NCBI RefSeq assembly: GCF_001194135.2
Contig: NC_068981.1
Location: 152,898,905 to 152,962,904 of the forward strand
Reading direction: 5' to 3'
DNA: 64,000 bases
Source of the DNA: Octopus bimaculoides
Taxonomy: Eukaryota
Below the pieces are notes generated by a model. That model saw only the letters and a program-made list of their open reading frames with translations. It was not told where the DNA came from and ran no database searches. A program made the translations under genes and the position numbers. Shown piece after piece: positions 46,801 through 59,989 of this stretch (its first letter is position 1; the number at the start of each line of letters is the position of its first letter).

Positions 46801-49800
46801 AAAGTGCTTTGTGTAGACCCTTATTCCAGACAAACTGTATATTTAAAAAATGAAATTGTAAACAAAAAAAAGATGATGATATTTAAAGTCATTAGATAGA
46901 GCCCCACACGAAAATGCCTTGTGGTATTTATTCTGAATTCTTGCATTCTGAGTTCAAACCCCTTTCAGGGTTGACCTGGGATTAAACAATGTTATAATAA
47001 CATCATTTCTGCAACCAAACACATCCCATTCTCTAATTTAGAATCAATATGTATAAGAAGTATAAGATGGAAGTGTCTTTCATCCCTCTTGGATTGATAA
47101 ATAAAGTACAAATACTAGTCTTCTAGAGTCAATAAAGTATTTGTCTAGAGCAGTGAACTGACAAGATCATTCAAGTGTCAGTTGGGATGACTTCCACCTT
47201 ACCCTATTTAGGTGATTGTCTAAATTCATTGCCCAATTTAATACTACCAGCTGGTCCTTGGATGCCCCAGAGTTCCCTCAGTCGCAAACAAGTAAGCCAA
47301 GCTGCAGGCTTGAAGTTACCTTTCTCCCTCTCGTGGGACTAGTAAAGGGCTATGGTCACTATCCTTCCTGCTCGACTAAACATTAAAAATAAAAGGTCAA
47401 TAGTGATTGAGCAGACTTATGACTAAAGGTCATCTATCTGTTGCTGTCCCATGTTTTTAGATGCATCTAAGTCTACATTATATAATATTTCTTACTCTTA
47501 TTAAGATGCTCGAGGTTTGATGTAAGGAAAACTAGGCAGCTGTTTCTTGCAAGTTAAGTGACCATATTGAATCACGACTATTGGCTTGTAATAAGTCCAT
47601 GATGATACAGCTGCTGTCAAAGTATGAGAAGAAATGGTGAAACCAAGCAGATGCTTTTGCTTTGTTCGTTTTCTTTCTTTGTCTTTTTGTTGTTTTTTTT
47701 TGTTTTGTTTTTTAAGATCCTAATCTATCTGATATCATTTTTGTACTTGTCACAAATTAACACCGAGGAAATCAGTGTTAACACAATGTGAAAAAAAAAT
47801 TTGACATTTATATCTTGGGCCAGTTAATGTAATGACTCACCAGATTCCCTCAGCAATTGCAACATTAATGTCACACACACACACACACCACAATACAACA
47901 CACAACAGAGCTGTCTCTCATTACATTATTGGCAAATGTATCCTTCTATCCTTAGTTGGAAATGCTGCATTTTCTACTTTTTTTTCCACTAAGGCTCTGA
48001 AATAAAGTCTATCACATATTTTTTTTTTTTATATTTCAATAGCTGCAAGTTTAACTCTAAAAAAATATATATGAAATAATTACGTTGAAAATAATCTAAG
48101 TATACTTTATAAAAAAATTTCAAAATAATACAAAGTTGTATCAATAATAATTTCTGATGTGAAAAATATGTCTGGCCTTGAAAAATATTACTTCACTTGG
48201 AAACAGGTGAGGGTTGGTGTCAGGAAGGGCATCCAGCTGTAGAAAATCAGCCTCAGCAAATTCTGCCTGAACCTTGCAAAGATGGTGAGGTGAATGTTAA
48301 GTGGTAGTTGTGGTAGTGGTGGTGGCAGTTGCAATGATGGACACAAGGCCACAAATTTGGGGATGGAATTAGTTGATTAAATTGATTCTAGTACTTGACT
48401 GTTACGTTATTTATCAGCCTCATGAGGATGAAAGATAAAGTTGAACATGTCAAGATTTGAACTCAAACTGTTACTGAATAGTGTGGATTTAACATTCTCT
48501 GTCACTTCCATCTTATACTTCTTATACATATTGATGCTAAATTAGAGAATAGGATGTGTTTGGTTGCAGAAATGATATTATTATAATATTGTTTAACCCC
48601 AGGTCAACCCTGAACAGACTTATAATGAAAAACATTCTACCTGCAACCTTTACATTTTTTTCAGATACAGTTATTTCCCTTATTATCCAATGTGTCCTCC
48701 TCTTTTAAAAATTATAGTAGGGTATGATTTGAGAGAGAGAGAGAGAGAGAGATGAAAAGGCACTCTCATTGGCTTACAGGAATGGATGATCTCTGAACCA
48801 AATTTTTAGTGGTGTAGTGTGGCTCCTACTAGTTTCAAATCATCTTGCTCAGATCCCCAATGTAGAACCACAGCCTAACTAGTTTACCATAAAAGATAAA
48901 TGCCAGCTATGAGAAATTAACTATGTCACCATAAAAGGCATTAATGCCTATGTGAACATGGTTTGGTCAGTCAGATCAGCTGGTGTGCAGTCAAATAAGT
49001 GATAGACTTGAAATTAAGTTTTGTGAATTCCTTCACTATAGTTTTACTGAAGATTCTAGAAGCTTGACTCAATGTTATAAAAAACTGGGATACTGAACTT
49101 CCAAATTGAACGGTCTCTGGTGCTACACAGAACTATATCAATTAGTTTTGTGATAAGGTGTTCTCACTCCTACTTATTTGGTCTTTAATAACCAAAGATG
49201 ATTTTCATATAATTAAAATATTTTATGCAATGAAGTCTTTTAACTATAACGTTTACCATCTCATGTATGCCATTTTATTCAAATTACTGTTGTACATATG
49301 TAAATGCAAATGTTCTGAGTAATACAGAATATGGAAATGTATTTTATGATTAATGAGATCATTTTCATCTTTACTGCAACCTACTTAATATCGTGTACTA
49401 TCAACAATGAGTAAATGACCAGCTCCACTAAATGATGACCAACTTAAATGATATTTAATTATATCCCTTCACATCACAAACTAAAATTCCACTGTTGGTG
49501 AATGGAAACTATCTTTTTATCCTTTCAATGTCAATCTAGTAACAGTCAATATAGTAACTAAGCTCAATTTGACTGTTTGCTTAAAATGTATGACCTAATG
49601 TTGTGGTTCTCAAACTAAAAAATACCAGTCCCACCACCTATTGGCCAACCAAAATATCAATGACATTTTTTTTACCTCTTCCTTTTTTATAGAAGACAAA
49701 ATGGTGCTTGCAACCGTATAATTCTTCTTTCAAGCCTCTATTGTTTCTACAAGTAATAACAGTTTTAAACCATCTCAATTTTATTAAACATGGCAAGTTG

Positions 49801-50369
49801 TTCACCCTTTTTTAAAATCCTCAGGGCACTCCTGGCCACAGAGAGTATTAGGCCTTCTCCTATAATAAATACTTGCTTAATGTCAATGCAAGAAATATTT
49901 TTTTATTATTATGAGGACTATTATGATTGGCAGAAAGGACATAGGATTAGTAAATTAGTGAGAACATCTGGTGCTTGCCAGCTCTTAACATTCTGACTTC
50001 AAACTCTGCTGCTGTCAGTTTTGTCTTTCATCCTTCTTGGATTGATAAATAAAGTACAAATCAAGTAGTAAGGTGAATGGTATTATGTAACCCCTACCCA
50101 ACATCAAAAGTTCTATCAAAAGCCCTATCAAAAGTCCTGCCCAAAATCCTATCAAAAACAACATGATGATTGACTTGGAAAACTGTTAGAAAACATTATA
50201 ATACCAGAGTATTAGTAATGCCTAGGGACAATTATTTCTGGCCAACAATACCAAATATAGTAATATTATTTGCCTATAGTTTTGACTTTAAGCTTAGACA
50301 TTTCAAGTCTGAATTTGTAGAATGCTATCTGCTTCAGCTTTATTGTGGGCATCATCTGAGTTTTGTGGA

Positions 50370-51626
50370 ATATCCTGCTCAGTATGTAGAAAAGGAGTAG
50401 GTAGTAACTCTATAAGATGTACCCGGTGCAAGCTATGGACACATAAGAGGTGCAGCAACATCAAAGGCAGGTTAACTAGCAAGTTAGTTTTTGTTTGTGG
50501 CAGATGTTCAGGTGCAATAAACACTGTAAACAAACAGGAAACAACTTCTATCTCATTCCAGGGTGAAAAACTAGAGGTAGTCGATAGCTTCCGCTATCTG
50601 GGCGACCAAGTTAGTAGTGGGGGTGGGTGCGCTGAAAGTGTAGCTGCTAGAATAAGAATAGCCTGGGCAAAGTTTAGAGAGCTCTTACCCCTGCTGGCGA
50701 CAAAGGGACTCTCACTCAGAGTAAAAGGCAGACTGTATGACGCATGNNNNNNNNNNNNNNNNNNNNNNNNNNNNNNNNNNNNNNNNNNNNNNNNNNNNNN
50801 NNNNNNNNNNNNNNNNNNNNNNNNNNNNNNNNNNNNNNNNNNNNNNNNNNNNNNNNNNNNNNNNNNNNNNNNNNNNNNNNNNNNNNNNNNNNNNNNNNNN
50901 NNNNNNNNNNNNNNNNNNNNNNNNNNNNNNNNNNNNNNNNNNNNNNNNNNNNNNNNNNNNNNNNNNNNNNNNNNNNNNNNNNNNNNNNNNNNNNNNNNNN
51001 NNNNNNNNNNNNNNNNNNNNNNNNNNNNNNNNNNNNNNNNNNNNNNNNNNNNNNNNNNNNNNNNNNNNNNNNNNNNNNNNNNNNNNNNNNNNNNNNNNNN
51101 NNNNNNNNNNNNNNNNNNNNNNNNNNNNNNNNNNNNNNNNNNNNNNNNNNNNNNNNNNNNNNNNNNNNNNNNNNNNNNNNNNNNNNNNNNNNNNNNNNNN
51201 NNNNNNNNNNNNNNNNNNNNNNNNNNNNNNNNNNNNNNNNNNNNNNNNNNNNNNNNNNNNNNNNNNNNNNNNNNNNNNNNNNNNNNNNNNNNNNNNNNNN
51301 NNNNNNNNNNNNNNNNNNNNNNNNNNNNNNNNNNNNNNNNNNNNNNNNNNNNNNNNNNNNNNNNNNNNNNNNNNNNNNNNNNNNNGTGCGGGTGGTACAT
51401 AAAAGACACCATTTCGAGCGTGGCCGTTTTCGTGCGGGTGACACGTAAAAGCACCCACTACACTCTCTGAGTGGTTGGCGTTAGGAAGGGCATCCAGCTG
51501 TAGAAACTCTGCCAAATTAGATTGGAGCCTGGTGTTGCCATCCGGTTTCACCAGTCCTCAGTCAAATCGTCCAACCCATGCTAGCATGGAAAGCGGACGT
51601 TAAACGATGATGATGATGATGATGAT
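50370..51626 (+). mobile_element. young 5'-truncated RTE LINE with PHD-type finger in ORF2
   Basis: Intact CSVC..CTRC.LWTHKRC..CGRC, KLEVVDSFRYLGD, RIAWAKFRELL, LRVKGRLYDA; gap; young 3' UTR and (GAT)n. Confidence 0.95.
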
Positions 51627-52379
51627 CAGTAATTGTTATAGATTGAGATGAAGTATTTACTGGTTCTGAATAATCATTGGGATGCTGTCCTAGCTATTTT
51701 AACCTTTAACAGGCTGTAGACGCATCATGTTGCTGTATGAGTTTTTTCCCCTCTCAGTGCAACACAATGTACCTGCAGCTACAGGGAAGAAAATTTGTAC
51801 AATGCTATGATGTGCATCAGTGTGCTGAAAGTTAAAGCTATGCTTTCATCAAGAGAAATCTTCAGTGATCGAGGAACCTAACGTTTTCTCCTAAACATTT
51901 AAATGATGGCTGACTTGAACTATTAAATAAATACAACCAAAAGTAAAGTTCTAGCATGTTTTATTGAACAGTTTTTAATACAGGGCTGAGGGAAAACACC
52001 TCAAGGTAGCATTTTGTATTCTAAATACATATAAGAGTGAGTCTCACCTATATAGTATAGTGAGTTGAAAAACTTCAGTTAAATTATTTTTGCAATATCA
52101 GCCAATCGAAATTCTGTTTTGGATTTTAAACATCCCAAGAGGGACTTTTGTTTTCTATTTGTAAAATAAATCCCAGTTAATTGACGTTTTTCAACTCACA
52201 ATATGTATATTACATGCATGAGATACTACTGTATGTGTATTTAATATTCAGGAACATTTCCTTGAACTATATTCCCTTGGCAATATTGCTGATATTCATA
52301 ATCACTTCAATACATATCCTCTATTTATTTATACATACATACATGCCTACCTACCTACCTACCTCCCCATATACATACA

Positions 52380-52767
52380 TGCTCTCTTTTTACTCTTTAC
52401 TCTTTTACTTGTTTCAGTCATTTGACTGTGGCTGTGCTGGAGCACGGCCTTTACTCGAGCAAATCGACCCCAGGACTTATTCTTTGTAAGCCTAGTACTT
52501 ATTCTATCGGTCTCTTTTGCTGAACCGCTAAGTTACAGGGACGTAAACACACCAGCATTGGTTGTCAAGCGATGTTGGGGGGACAAACACAGACACACAA
52601 ACATATATATACATATATACAATGGGCTTCTTTCAGTTTCTGTCTACCGAATCCACTCACAAGGCTTTCGTCGGCCCAAGTCTATAGTTGAAGACACTTG
52701 CCTAAAGTGCCACGCTGTGGGACTGAACCCAGAACCATGTGGTTGGTAAGCAAGCTACTTACCACAC
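52380..52767 (-). mobile_element. young family-A SINE running into gap
   Basis: Reverse complement of full body and head; CpGs retained. Confidence 0.9.
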
Positions 52768-54399
52768 NNNNNNNNNNNNNNNNNNNNNNNNNNNNNNNNN
52801 NNNNNNNNNNNNNNNNNNNNNNNNNNNNNNNNNNNNNNNNNNNNNNNNNNNNNNNNNNNNNNNNNNNNNNNNNNNNNNNNNNNNNNNNNNNNNNNNNNNN
52901 NNNNNNNNNNNNNNNNNNNNNNNNNNNNNNNNNNNNNNNNNNNNNNNNNNNNNNNNNNNNNNNNNNNNNNNNNNNNNNNNNNNNNNNNNNNNNNNNNNNN
53001 NNNNNNNNNNNNNNNNNNNNNNNNNNNNNNNNNNNNNNNNNNNNNNNNNNNNNNNNNNNNNNNNNNNNNNNNNNNNNNNNNNNNNNNNNNNNNNNNNNNN
53101 NNNNNNNNNNNNNNNNNNNNNNNNNNNNNNNNNNNNNNNNNNNNNNNNNNNNNNNNNNNNNNNNNNNNNNNNNNNNNNNNNNNNNNNNNNNNNNNNNNNN
53201 NNNNNNNNNNNNNNNNNNNNNNNNNNNNNNNNNNNNNNNNNNNNNNNNNNNNNNNNNNNNNNNNNNNNNNNNNNNNNNNNNNNNNNNNNNNNNNNNNNNN
53301 NNNNNNNNNNNNNNNNNNNNNNNNNNNNNNNNNNNNNNNNNNNNNNNNNNNNNNNTTTGTAAACTAGGTAGGCATAGTTCACCCCTGTCTTTCAATCTCA
53401 GTATTAAAACTACACATAATACTGCTGTAGCACACGTGCTGCATACATTCCTACAACAACGTTTTCTTTACGTGCTATAAAGGCAGAAGTAAATCTACCT
53501 CCAACTCAGTCATGCACCTGTGTTTCGCTTATTTTCTGTGTGTTTTACTACATAAACGTCACCAACTGCCTACTCTGAGTAATTACTCACAGCATGTGCC
53601 TGATATATACATATTACATACATACATACGTACATACAAACATTAACATCAACATAAAGAATATTGGTAGAGCATTCCCAACAAAACTTCTACCAAGTGT
53701 AAATATAACAGGACAGACGTATGGGACAAACTAGAAGTATATTCTGTCACAGAGTTAACTGCTCTGTTGATGTTAATATCTCCTCGAGAATCAAAGGACA
53801 AGAAGATGACAATTGCTTTGAAACCTCCAGCTTGTTTACCCAAATTTACATTTATATCAATAACAATTGATGCAACAATGGGGTTATATATCTTTGGTTA
53901 GAAACCAGCTCCTTCCGTACAGGAAAACTTCAAATGATTGAAAATATAAGAGTACATACATACATGCATACATACAAACATACATACATTCACACACATA
54001 CATGCACGCACATGCATATATAAGTACACACACACACACACATACATACATATATACATATCACTCCGTTTCATCACCTGAGATGAATATGCATCGCTGA
54101 GGAGATCTAGCAAGGCTGGAATATGTCTGTTGGTTTTCCCTGCTAGCTTTATCTGCATTGTTCATATTTTCCAAAAATTTGCATTGGTTGATATCATAGG
54201 AGTTATTTATTATTCTGAGAATTTGAGCACCGTAGCAGTTTCTTTTTCTCTGAATAATTGTGAGGATAATCGAAGTTTTCCAACTCTATATTACGTATGT
54301 GAGACTCTACTGCGTCAGTTTTTTATGTATCCTTCTGAGGGAAAAGTTTAGGTACACTTATCTTTATAGTTCGTAAGTTTAAAATACAAAATGGGATGT

Positions 54400-54894
54400 A
54401 ACTAAACTTAACTGATTCATATCAGCAGGAAATCATTTCTCTTCAGAAATATATAAAAGTACTTCTCTCAAGCGTGCGCGCACACACACACATACACACT
54501 CAAGCATTATTGACAGATAAAGTGTAAATATAATCACGAGAATTTTCTCTCACTGTCACTCGTTTTTTTTAAGACTTTTTTCAATTAGTAGTCCACTCGT
54601 GCCTTTACTCAACAGCATAGCAATATTTCAGAAGGTTAATAGAAACAATTATTATCGGGAATGATCTCGTGAGTTGAAGCTGCTGCTTATCGAATGCTAG
54701 TTTTTTCTTACGTATATTTTTCAAAACAATTTAGTGATCCAGAATCGAATATTTTCATGTGAAAGAATTTCAAACGAAAATATGTTGCCTGTTTCTTTCC
54801 TTCAAAAGTATTTGATATAGTTTTAGTACCAAACAAGTGTCTTACATATACGAATCTGTACTGATTGATAAATTCAGCTTTACATTATCTAAAA
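54400..54894 (+). promoter_or_regulatory. putative promoter/5' UTR of TBC1D13
   Basis: Repeat-poor, visibly CpG-richer sequence directly upstream of the ATG; the TSS cannot be located from sequence. Confidence 0.4.
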
Positions 54895-54914
54895 ATGGCA
54901 GCTTACAGAACAAG
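54895..54914 (+). CDS. TBC1D13: TBC1D13 coding exon 1
   Basis: aaaaATGG start context; MAAYRT-AG|gtaagt perfect donor; phase 2 fits the next exon. Confidence 0.8.
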
Positions 54915-56158
54915 GTAAGTACACCTAACAAAAACAAGCTATAAGAAAATTTATTGACATTCATTACAAAGTTAATTTATCGTATATATTCTTCTGTGAA
55001 AATTTTGTTTTAATTTAATTTTAAGTTTCCGTGTTGACAATTTCTATATTACTTACTGCCGGACAAAGTTTGCCAGGTGTATTAACGACACGCCTCCTTT
55101 ACTCTTTCTACAACACTTCTCAAAATCTACAAATGCGAACTATGTTTTTATTATATTTTATCCTATTTATTATAATTTGATGCTACAGATCTTTATATTT
55201 AACTTGTACGAAACTTTCATTTTCCTTGATATCGACTTATAACTATCAATTCTCGCTATGATTTTCATTGTTTATAATTCTCAACACTATCAATCAATCA
55301 GTTAGGTGTTTTGATTATAAATCACAATTTATTTATAATTCTGTTCGTGTATTATAACAGAAACTATTATTATCATTATTATTATTATTATTATTATTTA
55401 AGTTGCATTTAAAAATATAAAATTATCGTTAGTGTTGTTAGTACAGATTATCGTTATAAACTGAGTGACAAAAGTGGAGTTGTGACAGCAGAACTACAAA
55501 TAACATGCTTTATTAGTTTCGGTTTATTATTTGTTTGTTCAAATCTCGCCCGAATCGACTTCGTTTTTCATCCCATGCGAGTTCACACAATCAGTACTTG
55601 ACATGTTCCGTTCAACCCCTATCTCTTACTGTGCCTTCTGTCAATATAAGAAAGTATTACCATTTGAGAGTAACCTGAATGCCACACACTGTCATACTCT
55701 ATTCTGCAAATCTTGCGTATCTGTGGAAGAAATAATCATTACTGGCTGTTAATGTTTAGCTCCTGGTCAATCTGATTGAGCAGAGCTATGATCAAAGACT
55801 TTTCATTCACCCCATCCGTTTCTTTGCCATTGTGTATCTTGGATTAATGTAGTTCAAGGTACACTGTATAATGCTGCCTCTCGTTTTCAGTACTTTTACG
55901 GTATGATTTGGGAGAGTTTGGCCTGCTATTTCTAATGGTTCCAACGACACAGTTGGCTCTGTTTTAGAATTGTTCTAAGGTCCAGCGAGTGTGCTTATGC
56001 TGTTGGAAAAGGCATGAACACCACAGGATCCTTTTCCCTAAAACCCTGGGCCTTTATGTAATTAAACATTATCCTTAATTAATTTGCTAATATACACTAA
56101 ACATTCACGTCATATGCAACTAAGTCTAAACCTATTTGTTGTTTATTTACTTATTTAG

Positions 56159-56232
56159 ATTAAAACAGTTTGCCAAGGTATTGGACACTGAAGAAATTGA
56201 TATGGAAAGCTTACGCAAATTATGTTTCAGTG
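56159..56232 (+). CDS. TBC1D13: TBC1D13 coding exon 2 (RabGAP; gene continues beyond window)
   Basis: atttag|A...G|gtaaat; RLKQFAKVLDTEEIDMESLRKLCFSG resembles recalled human TBC1D13 RIADFQDVLKEPSIALEKLRELSFSG. Confidence 0.82.
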
Positions 56233-58294
56233 GTAAATATAAATTTATTTGTCTATTTTCCGAAATTTCTGTCATTTTTTATAATTGGTTTCATATCTAT
56301 CGCATATTGTTTTGCATTGCTTGTGAAAACGTGCATTGTTTTTATATTTGAAACTTGTAAAATACGGACTTCTCTAGTAACTTCATTAATTACATGTGGC
56401 GGAGATTTACAATATTCTTCAGCGACTGCTTTCAGAATTGAAATAAAAAAAAAATTCCATTTCAGATTATTATAAATGTCGAAATATATTTAGGTTCTGT
56501 ATTTTGTGTTTTGTTATATCACAATGGTTGCTGCTATCGTCTTGTTTTCTGATATCGGTTTGTTATCATCATTTCGAATGATTATGGTCATCTACAAATA
56601 ACGTAAATGAACCGCTGAAAGTGTGTTTCCTTTTTTGTCTCTCAACGTAAATGACATTATTTATTATGTTTTGTTTTGTTTCTTTTTTGACCTCTATTAA
56701 TCTAGAATTTAAAAATTAATGGAAAGGATCCTAAACATAGATTTAGTCTCAAAAACAAATCAAAACAAAAATCTGCGTTATGTTTAATTATCGATTACAA
56801 ACATGGTGTTTGGAGATTAAAAAAAAAACAAAAAAAACTTCGTTTTTACGTTCATTTCTAGGAATACAATTTTTTTTATTTAACCGTCATCTCTTGGTTG
56901 AATAACAGATTTTTACTTTAAACTTGTCGGTGAAAGTTTGACATGCTAATTACTGTTGTCAGTAAATCAAAGTAAACATTAATGTCTTGTGTAATTCAGC
57001 TATTAGACGGGCGTCAATTGTTAATTTATTAGATGACCGGTTGAGCAATCTTAAATAGAGAAAAAATGGACTTTATTTTAAACCTGAAGATTAATTTATT
57101 TTAAATCTGTGAAGACTGCCGACTGGAAGGCAAATCTTAATAGGCATTTCATAGGAAACTTGATGCTTTTCTTGGTCGGGTGTAAAAACTTTGTTTTAGA
57201 ATTCTTTTGGTGTATAAATTTCGACTTTTTTTTTTTCTTTTTGGGTGGCTGGTGTGTGAGATGCAGTTCGCATATTTCGTTGTTTTTGCCTTTTTTTTTT
57301 TTTTTTTTGTGATAAATCAGAATTAACCTAACGAGGACTTTTTTCAGCACGAAGTAACCATCTTTCCTGCGCACCTCACTACCTCGACATACACACTTGC
57401 AAAAGACAAAAAAAAATAAAAAAAGAAAGAAAGAAAGAAAATAGCAGCTATTCATAATCTGTTGGTGTGCTGATTAAATAAACGTTTTTAAGGTTTCCAA
57501 TTACATTGTAATTCTTATGGCTGACTTTCTTTGTAAATTTTCTGATTATCAACCCACTCTGCTTCGCTGAAATTACCACGGCATTTTGTTTGACAGATGT
57601 TCTAAAGCTTCATTCGAAATTTAATTTACATTTACAAGTGCTTTATACAGTTTTATTTTCCACCTGAGACTGTGTCATTTACACATTATATCAATCAAGC
57701 TGTTTCTTTATTCGTAAGATAGTCTTATATTTTCTTTCTCTAATACCTTGTTTAGAAGGGGCAAAGTATAATGTTTCTATCTAATATGGACATATTACTT
57801 AACTCCTATGACATATCTCATTGATAAAGGAATTATGAATTGTATTACAGAAGTATACTTATATCATTTTCAATGATGTCATGTCAAGAATCATCATCAT
57901 TGATTTCATGTCTTTACCATGCTAGTATGTGTTGGACGAGACTTATTGGAATAATATTATCCTATGTCTGGATGCTTTCCCTATTGTTAACCGTTACCTG
58001 TTTTTCAAATATTTGAGGCACAAATGTTTTGTGCTACAAAGAAGTTGTCCTTTTTTTAATTTTTTTCCCCCCATTTTGGATATTTGTTTATACCTGTAAC
58101 TTGAACACTCATTTTCTGGTTCAAAGTTAGCAGAATCAAAAAGCTACTAGGAATTCGGTACCCAAGTTCAGCTTTGGTTTAACTTGATTCTACAATGAAA
58201 TCACATTTATCAGTATGATGATGATGATGATGTTGATGGATTGCTTAAAGGCATCTGCCATTTTGTTGAAAACTGTTGATTTTATAGTTAATGA

Positions 58295-58675
58295 TGCAAG
58301 TGTGACTGTGTGGTAAGCAGTTTGCTTCCCACCCACATGGTTCCAGGTTCAGTCTTCCTGTGGGGTACCTTGAGCAAGTATCTTCTACTGTAGCCTCAGG
58401 CTGATCAAAGCTTTGTGGGTGAATTTGGTAGACAGACAAAAACTGAAAGAAGCCCATCATATATGTATATATGTATAGATATATGTGTGTTTTTGTGTCT
58501 GTCCCCCACCACTGCTTGACAACTGGTGTTGGTGTGTTTATGTCCCCATAACATAGCAGTTCAGCAAAAGAGACCAATAGAATAAGTACTGGGGTCGATT
58601 CATTTGACTAAAATTCTTCAAGCAGTACCCCAGCATGGCCGCAGTCTAATGACTGAAACAAGTAAAAGATAAAAA
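58295..58675 (+). mobile_element. full-length family-A SINE in TBC1D13 intron 2
   Basis: Head, core and tail motifs. Confidence 0.88.
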
Positions 58676-59892
58676 GATGTGTGTGTGCCCTTGTCTAGAC
58701 GTCACATGAGAGTTGTAAATGAGCATCATTGTTATACATGCAAGATTGTTTGTTTCCTATTTCTGTGGGGAAAATTTAACTTTCCTTGGAAATAAGTCAA
58801 GGACAGGTACTAAGGAGGGCAGCTGTAGGAAACCTGTCCCAGCAAATTCCAGCTGATCCATGCAAGCATGGAAAGTAGACATTAAGTGATGATGACAGTG
58901 AATGTTAAAATATTTTCATTTGCAAACGATAAATCATAGGTCTGTTGGTTCTTGATGATTGCAGCTCAATGTAATGATGTCATGTTGTCAGTTATAATTT
59001 TCTTTACCATGGTGTCACATGATAGATATTTGTTTACATGGTAAGCAGCAAGTATGGTAGGCAATAATCTCTTTTACTAAACAAAAATTATGGAGTAAAA
59101 AAATTTTTGCATGAAGTTAAATTAGATGACTAACTTGGCTGTCGGTTATATTGTTAAATAAATGTTTGCTCATGTCATATCACATGTTACAGTTGTAAAC
59201 TATACATGTGGAGAGACCATTAGATAATGAAATCCATGCTTCATATCTGATGTATAATGACATCCTGAATTGATAAACAGTACAAAACATGTCACTTTAG
59301 TTTAACATTTCCTAATGAGCTTCTAATTTGTACTCTTCTGAAAAACAGTGAAAACTGAACAAGAACCTACAATATCCTGGGTAAGAGAAACAAACCAAAC
59401 AATTGAGTAGCAATGAACGAAGAAATTGATAAGAGAATGAAAAACATACATACACGCATTCATATATGTGCTGGTGCTACATCCCATGCCAGTGCCATGT
59501 CCCATGCCAATGTCACATTCTGTGCCAGTGCCGTTTTCTGTGCCGTTGTCACATAAAAGTGCCAGTACCACATAAAAACACCCAGCACACTCTGTAAAGT
59601 GGTTGGCATTAGGAAGGGCATCCAGCCATTGAAATCATGCCAAAACAGGCAAAAGCATGGGTAGCTCTCCAGCTGGTCAGCTCCTGTGAAACCATTCAAC
59701 CCATACCAGCATGGAGAATGGATATTAAATGATGATGATGATGATTATATATATATATATGAATTTTCATTTGATACAGTTTAAATAATGTAAACAATAA
59801 TCAATACGACATGCTTAACGGATATGTGTTGTTATGTGGCTTCACACTGTTTGACACCACACATACGTTAAGTATGCTATATCGATAATGTT

Positions 59893-59932
<40 letters not shown>

Positions 59933-59989
59933 GGTTTTATTTAACAGATCGTGCATATGAAACTACTCAGTATGTGTAGTAAAATTTAT

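Noticed and set aside
50100-50160. Four ~12-bp tandem units (AAAAG.CCTATC)
   Set aside because: Short degenerate slippage repeat with no further structure; the same applies to the ~31-bp tandem duplication at about 30635-30700.
50594-53480. Long 200-380 aa ORFs in the track
   Set aside because: Mostly X residues from N-gaps; only the RTE part at 50376-50746 is real.
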